Assembly (NCBI GenBank): GCA_045803545.1
Contig: JBJMOW010000005.1
Location: 672,001-736,000 of the forward strand
DNA: 64,000 nt
Source: Gemmatimonadaceae bacterium
GTDB taxonomy: Bacteria; Gemmatimonadota; Gemmatimonadetes; Gemmatimonadales; Gemmatimonadaceae
Direction of reading: 5' to 3'
Part shown: positions 59,136 to 64,000 of the stretch, in pieces
Position numbering within the stretch: the first letter of the stretch is position 1
Layout of the letters: each line of letters begins with the position of its first letter
Notes under the pieces: model-generated
The model's input: only the letters and a program-made list of their open reading frames with translations
Databases searched by the model: none
Told to the model about the DNA's origin: nothing
Translations under genes and position numbers: made by a program

Positions 59136-59513
59136 CTATTTTTTCTCCTCGTTTCTGAGCTTGTCGATCAACTCAGGTAAAGTGAATCCCAGCACTGCTG
59201 CATCGCCGATGAATCGGCGAATCAGCTCACGCAGATCACGCTCGCGGTGGGCACGCGCAGCCTGCGGTGTCGGCACTTCGCGAACGAATGTCCCCACTCC
59301 ACGACGCGTTTCCAGAATTCCATCGCGCTCGAGCTGGGCGTAAACTCGGGCAACGGTGTTGGCGTTGACCGCGAGATCCACGGCGAGCTGCCGCACGGTT
59401 GGCAGCTGCATTCCCGGCTGGAGCACGCCCGTCGCGATCGACGCGCGGATCGCGCGATCGAGTTGGGCATAGATCGGAGTTGGACTTCTGGTATCGACGT
59501 CGAATAGAGGCAT
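59136..59513 (-). CDS. GntR family regulator, YtrA subfamily
   Basis: 'PIYAQL', 'LPTVRQLAVDLAVNANTVARVY', 'RRGVGTFV'; short C-terminal domain. Confidence 0.92.
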   Translation of the reverse strand: MPLFDVDTRSPTPIYAQLDRAIRASIATGVLQPGMQLPTVRQLAVDLAVNANTVARVYAQLERDGILETRRGVGTFVREVPTPQAARAHRERDLRELIRRFIGDAAVLGFTLPELIDKLRNEEKK

Positions 59514-59520
59514 TGTCCGC

Positions 59521-59542
59521 TTGTACTATCACATTGGGACAA
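59521..59542 (-). promoter_or_regulatory. Putative YtrA-type operator overlapping the gntR promoter
   Basis: Imperfect palindrome TTGTCCCAATGTGATAGTACAA 7 nt upstream of the ATG; overlaps TTGCGC-17-GATAGT. Confidence 0.6.
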
Positions 59543-59611
59543 TACGCGCGCAAGATCGAAGCAGTTTCAGCCGGGCTGAGCGTGGGTTAAGCCGGTCTAC
59601 GCAGCTCTAAG

Positions 59612-59905
59612 TCACCGATTGTGCGTATACATGAGATCGACCAGCTCGTCGTACATCTGGTCGGCCTCCTGGCCACCGGTCCGAATTGCGCCGGTCGCGC
59701 AATGCTTGAGATGATTCCGCATCAGCTCGCGACTAACTCCGCGCAGCGCTTCCTGCACCGACGAGATCTGGGTGAGAATGTCGGCGCAGTAGCGATCGGC
59801 GTCGACCATTTTCTGAAGACCACGCACCTGCCCTTCGATGCGCCGCAATCTGATCAGATTGCGCGCCTTGATCTCCGCATCGTTTGCTTTCGCTTTCCGT
59901 GGCAT
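59612..59905 (-). CDS. csoR: Copper-sensing repressor, CsoR family
   Basis: 'RLRRIEGQVRGLQKM', 'YCADIL', 'NHLKHC' (C-H-C ligands); downstream of copA. Confidence 0.9.
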   Translation of the reverse strand: MPRKAKANDAEIKARNLIRLRRIEGQVRGLQKMVDADRYCADILTQISSVQEALRGVSRELMRNHLKHCATGAIRTGGQEADQMYDELVDLMYTHNR

Positions 59906-59917
59906 ATCGATCTCCGG

Positions 59918-62137
59918 CTAGGCGAGCCGCACGTGGCGCAACCGCAAACTGTTCATCACAACGCTTATGGAGCTGAGTGCCATTGCTGCGCTGGCGATCA
60001 CCGGATTGAGCAGCGTGCCAACGATTGGATAGAGCACACCGGCAGCGATAGGAATGCCGATCACGTTGTAGAAAAACGCCCAGAACAGGTTCTGCTTCAT
60101 CGTTCTCATCGTTCGGCGCGACAAGGCAATCGCAGTCGGCACTGACATAAGATCGCTGCGCAGGAGCGAGACATCGCTTGCCTCGACAGCGATGTCTGTA
60201 CCCTTCGGCATCGACATGCCGACATCGGATTGCGCGAGCGCGGGTGCGTCGTTGACGCCGTCGCCGACCATCGCCACGACGTGTCCATCGCGCTGCAGAC
60301 TCTTTACGACGTCCACCTTTCCCTCAGGCCGCACCTCGGCGAACACGCTGGTGATCCCAACGGCGTCCGCCGCTGATTCGGCGGGGGCGCGACGATCACC
60401 AGTTACGAGTACGGTCGCAATACCGAGCTGCTCTAAGCGATGGATGGCCGCGCGCGAGGATGGCCGGACGACGTCGGCGACGATGATCCTGCCGAGCACC
60501 TGCCGGTCGGCGACGACGAAGAGCTCGCTTTCCCCCGCGAGTACTTCTGCTGGGGTAGCCGCGTCGAGACCCAGCTCGCGAATCAACGCCGCGTTGCCGA
60601 CTGCGATACTCTTACCGCGGACAATCCCGGTAACGCCGCTGCCGGTGAGAGAGCGAAAACCATCAACCCGCGGCGAGACGATTCCCTTCTCGCCGGCGGC
60701 CTTCACGATCGCGCTCGCCAGTGGATGCTCCGAATGATTCTCCAGCGCCGCGGCGAGCTCGAGTACTTCGCGCTCCCCGACATTCGGCGCTGGAACGATA
60801 CGCGTGACGCGGGGCCGCCCTTCGGTGATCGTGCCCGTCTTGTCGAAGACAACGGTGTCGACGTCTCCCGCGCGCTCCAGGATTTCGCCGCCCTTGATGA
60901 GGAGCCCGAGCTCGGCGCCACGCCCGGAGGCAACCATCACCGCTGTTGGCACAGCGAGCCCCATGGCGCATGGGCAGGCGATAATGAGCACTGACACCGC
61001 CGCCACGATCGCATGAGGCAGCGCTGTAACGCCCGCTGCCACCACCCAAACAACGAAGGTGACGATCGCAATCATAAGCACCGTCGGTACGAAAACAGCG
61101 CTGACTCGATCAGCCAGTTTCTGAACCGGGGCGCGAGACAGCTGCGCGTCGCGCATCAGTTTCGCAATGCGCGCGAGTACGCTGATCGAGCCGACGCTCG
61201 TCGCCACATAGCGGAAAGAGCCCGTTGCGTTCACGGTTCCGCCGACAACGGCATCACCCGACGCCTTCTCTACGGGGAGCGGTTCGCCCGTAAGCATCGA
61301 CTCATCGACCTCGCTCGCGCCATCTACGATTTTCCCATCGACCGGCAGTCGCTCGCCTGGTCGAACGAGAACAACGTCGCCCGCGTTTACCTGCGCCACC
61401 GGAATGTCGACCCAGTCACCGGAGCGCTCGACACGAGCCGTGTTGGGGAGAAGTGTCGCTAGACGCCGCAATGCGGCGGTGGTTCTGTCGCGAGCCCGCG
61501 CTTCGATTGCCCTACCCGCCAGCACCAGACCGATAATGAAGATCACGGCCTCGTAGTAGACCTCTGGGGCGATCCCGTTGCGCGACAGCATGGCTGGTGC
61601 AACCGTCGCGACGGCGGAATAGAGAAATGCCGCCCCCGTGCCAAGCGTGACGAGCACGTTCATGTCCGCGGACCGATGGCGGATTGTTTTCCATGCGGCG
61701 CGGTAGATGTCGCGGCCGGCCCACCCAACGATCACTGCGGTAAGCCCCAGCAGCCCGAAGTTCACCGCGGCCGAACCCGTGGCTGTCATCGAGAATGCCA
61801 TCGCGACGAGTCCGGCGATCACGCTAACTAGCGCTTTTGCGGTAAGCGCCCGGGCATGCTCGCTCGCTGCGTGGTCAACATCGTCGCCCAGGTTGTGATC
61901 CGCAGCTGGCAGGGATGCGTCGTATCCAGTCGCGCGCACGGCGTCGATCAATCGCTGCGGTGTGACGGTCTCCGCGTCATAGACGACTGCAGCACTATTA
62001 GTGACGAGATTGACGGTCGCGTCGCTTACGCCTGGCTCTGCCTGCAGCGCGCGCCGTACCCGCGCCTGGCAAGCGGCACAGGTCATCCCCGTTACCGGAA
62101 AAGAGATTCGTTGTTCGGGTGTAGCGGTCGTACTCAT
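59918..62137 (-). CDS. copA: Cu(I)-translocating P1B-1 ATPase
   Basis: HMA 'GMTCAAC', 'TGEP', 'CPC', 'DKTGT', 'SEHP', 'GDGVND', 'YN', 'MALSS'. Confidence 0.93.
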   Translation of the reverse strand: MSTTATPEQRISFPVTGMTCAACQARVRRALQAEPGVSDATVNLVTNSAAVVYDAETVTPQRLIDAVRATGYDASLPAADHNLGDDVDHAASEHARALTAKALVSVIAGLVAMAFSMTATGSAAVNFGLLGLTAVIVGWAGRDIYRAAWKTIRHRSADMNVLVTLGTGAAFLYSAVATVAPAMLSRNGIAPEVYYEAVIFIIGLVLAGRAIEARARDRTTAALRRLATLLPNTARVERSGDWVDIPVAQVNAGDVVLVRPGERLPVDGKIVDGASEVDESMLTGEPLPVEKASGDAVVGGTVNATGSFRYVATSVGSISVLARIAKLMRDAQLSRAPVQKLADRVSAVFVPTVLMIAIVTFVVWVVAAGVTALPHAIVAAVSVLIIACPCAMGLAVPTAVMVASGRGAELGLLIKGGEILERAGDVDTVVFDKTGTITEGRPRVTRIVPAPNVGEREVLELAAALENHSEHPLASAIVKAAGEKGIVSPRVDGFRSLTGSGVTGIVRGKSIAVGNAALIRELGLDAATPAEVLAGESELFVVADRQVLGRIIVADVVRPSSRAAIHRLEQLGIATVLVTGDRRAPAESAADAVGITSVFAEVRPEGKVDVVKSLQRDGHVVAMVGDGVNDAPALAQSDVGMSMPKGTDIAVEASDVSLLRSDLMSVPTAIALSRRTMRTMKQNLFWAFFYNVIGIPIAAGVLYPIVGTLLNPVIASAAMALSSISVVMNSLRLRHVRLA

Positions 62138-62160
62138 CCAGCCTCCATCAACGAATCAAT

Positions 62161-62177
62161 ATACCCCCCTCCCCTAT
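62161..62177 (-). promoter_or_regulatory. Putative CsoR/RcnR-type operator
   Basis: ATA-GGGGAGGGGGG-TAT (G-tract flanked by ATA/TAT) directly after TTGAC, upstream of copA. Confidence 0.65.
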
Positions 62178-62185
62178 GTCAAGTT

Positions 62186-62854
62186 TCAGCGGATGACCTT
62201 ATCGAACCGCAGCGGATTCGAAACGTCATAAGTGAAGTGCCACCATTCCTGGTCGTAGTTGGTGAAACCGCGGCGCTCCATTGCCGCGTTCAGTCGCTGG
62301 CGATTGGCCGCTGCTGTTCCGGTGGCGTTGGCAGTGTGTGCCGCCGCCGAGAAGGTGTCGAAGGGAGTTCCCATCTCGAGCTCTCGCCCAGTGGCGAGGT
62401 CGATCAACGTCAGGTCGATGGCGAGGCCGAGGTTGTGTCGCGAGCGACTGGCGATGTAGCCGTCACGCAGCAGATCCTCCCGATTGACGCGCTTGGTCCA
62501 ATCCACCATCGCGAGGGTCGCGCGTACCGGGCGATAGGAATCAAAGATCTTCAGCCCCAATCCCTGACCGCGCAAATCGCTTTCGACTCGCGCGAGCGCC
62601 GCGGCCGCCTCGCGTCGGAAAAAGGCGCGGTTGGCTAGATACCCTGGCAAAGGGGCGCCCGTGAAGTTGTTGGTCGTCGCATATCGCAACTCGACAACGA
62701 TTGTCGAATCGAGTTTGCGCACGTCGGTGAGCAGGGTGTCCGCGACAGCGTCCGGCGCAATCGCCGTTTCAGTGGTGTTGATTGGCGGCGCACTCTGCCG
62801 GCGCGCGCACGCGAGCCCCACAGTCAGCACCACAAGACGAAGTATGGTCCTCAT
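62186..62854 (-). CDS. D-alanyl-D-alanine dipeptidase (VanX/DdpX, peptidase M15D), lipoprotein
   Basis: Lipobox GLAC; 'LRYATTNNFTG', 'FDSYRP', 'SRHNLGLAIDLT', 'MGTPFD', 'EWWHF'; start ATG 62854. Confidence 0.9.
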   Translation of the reverse strand: MRTILRLVVLTVGLACARRQSAPPINTTETAIAPDAVADTLLTDVRKLDSTIVVELRYATTNNFTGAPLPGYLANRAFFRREAAAALARVESDLRGQGLGLKIFDSYRPVRATLAMVDWTKRVNREDLLRDGYIASRSRHNLGLAIDLTLIDLATGRELEMGTPFDTFSAAAHTANATGTAAANRQRLNAAMERRGFTNYDQEWWHFTYDVSNPLRFDKVIR

Positions 62855-62885
62855 GCAACAAGAATAAGCAGGATACATTTTGCGC

Positions 62886-64000
62886 ATGACAGGTGGTGAC
62901 GCCATTACGCGTGGATCGGTGGGCGCAAACGCCCCGCGCGGCCATCGCGCCGCGGTCTTCGCCAGCTTCCTCGGCTGGACTCTCGACGCGTTCGATTTCT
63001 TCCTCGTCGTTTTCGCGCTGACGGCAATCGCCAAAGAGTTTGGCAAATCCGATGCGCAGCTGGCGCTGACAATCACCATCACACTCGCCTTCCGACCTGT
63101 TGGCGCTTTCATCTTTGGTTTGATGGCGGATCGGTATGGGCGGAAGCTGCCGCTAATGATCGATCTCGTGTTCTTCTCGATCGTGGAGGTGTTGTCCGGC
63201 CTCGCGCCCAACTACACCGTCTTTCTGATTTTGCGGGCACTGTTCGGCATCGGCATGGGCGGCGAGTGGGGGGTAGGCGCCTCCCTCGCAATGGAGAAAG
63301 CGCCTAAGGAGAGCCGCGGCGTTTTATCCGGCCTGCTCCAGGAAGGCTACGCCACAGGATATCTCCTCGCCGCCGTTTGCTACTTCTTCGTGTTTCCACG
63401 GTGGGGCTGGCGACCGATGTTCTTTATCGGTGGTCTTCCTGCGCTGCTCGCGATCTTCGTCCGCATGCGGGTGCACGAGTCTGAGGTGTGGGAGAAGACG
63501 CGCCACAAGGACTGGAGTAGTCTCGGCAGGGGAATCGCTTCACACTGGAAACTCTTTCTCTACCTGACGCTGCTGATGGCGGGGATGAACTTCGTCTCAC
63601 ACGGGACGCAGGACATGTACCCGACGTTTTTGCAGCGTGACTGGGGGTTCTCTCCGCAGAAACGCGCGGCGCTGACCGCGTTCTCGATGATTGGAGCGAT
63701 AATCGGCGGCATTAGCTTCGGCTATCTCTCCGATCGCATTGGTCGGCGGCGGTCGATCGTCCTCGCGCTCGTACTCGCGATCGTCGTGATTCCACTGTGG
63801 GCGTTCTCTCCAGCGCTCGTCGGGCTCGTTATCGGCGCGTTCCTGATGCAGTTCATGGTACAGGGCGCCTGGGGAGTGATCCCTGCGCACATCACCGAGC
63901 TCTCGCCCGACAACGTGCGTGGATTCCTGCCGGGCTTCGCGTATCAGTGCGGCGTGCTGATCGCCAGCTCGGTGGCGTACCTCGAAGCAGTGCTTGCAAC
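62886..64000 (+). CDS. MFS transporter, sialate:H+/carboxylate (NanT/Jen1-like) family, truncated by the window end
   Basis: Not in the ORF track (no stop in window); reads MTGGDAIT...ASFLGWTLDAFDFF...RPVGAFIFGLMADRYGRK...GIGMGGEWG...SHGTQDMYPTF. Confidence 0.88.
   Translation, partial: MTGGDAITRGSVGANAPRGHRAAVFASFLGWTLDAFDFFLVVFALTAIAKEFGKSDAQLALTITITLAFRPVGAFIFGLMADRYGRKLPLMIDLVFFSIVEVLSGLAPNYTVFLILRALFGIGMGGEWGVGASLAMEKAPKESRGVLSGLLQEGYATGYLLAAVCYFFVFPRWGWRPMFFIGGLPALLAIFVRMRVHESEVWEKTRHKDWSSLGRGIASHWKLFLYLTLLMAGMNFVSHGTQDMYPTFLQRDWGFSPQKRAALTAFSMIGAIIGGISFGYLSDRIGRRRSIVLALVLAIVVIPLWAFSPALVGLVIGAFLMQFMVQGAWGVIPAHITELSPDNVRGFLPGFAYQCGVLIASSVAYLEAVLA

Noticed and set aside
62186..62854. vanX as a vancomycin-resistance cluster
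   Set aside because: No vanH/vanA/vanRS neighbours; an exported stand-alone dipeptidase is more consistent with cell-wall turnover
62855..63211. N-terminal extension of the D-Ala-D-Ala dipeptidase ORF
   Set aside because: It is antisense to the MFS gene; the lipoprotein signal begins at ATG 62854

Overview
GC-rich bacterial chromosomal segment, most likely from a Gemmatimonadota-like organism. This is inferred from gene content (barrel-less plug-domain protein, BNR/VPS10 hydrolase, actinobacterial-type Sdh), not from a search. It holds about 60 CDS and one tRNA-Asn(GTT). No integrase, transposase, phage gene or CRISPR array was recognised. Main loci: a metal-uptake operon (OM barrel, SBP, permease, no ATPase) headed by a DUF2946/CruR-like leader ORF; maeB-pckA-HD hydrolase; hppD-hmgA-acetoacetate-CoA ligase; uvrA; a hexuronate cluster carrying an exported Gfo/DUF1080/TIM-barrel trio; type-F-like succinate dehydrogenase; a membrane protein-wHTH-uppS operon; holB-moaC; gntR-SPFH; copA-csoR. 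The best candidate novel system is the leader ORF at 4301-4660. It ends in the ribosome-arrest motif RAPP, and its last codons form the 5' arm of a hairpin that sequesters the Shine-Dalgarno of the downstream metal-import gene, suggesting a metal-sensing translational switch. Also notable are three unrelated long intergenic hairpins, several apparently leaderless promoters and a probable ATC-initiated lipoprotein. All calls come from reading motifs by eye; no database search or folding computation was run.
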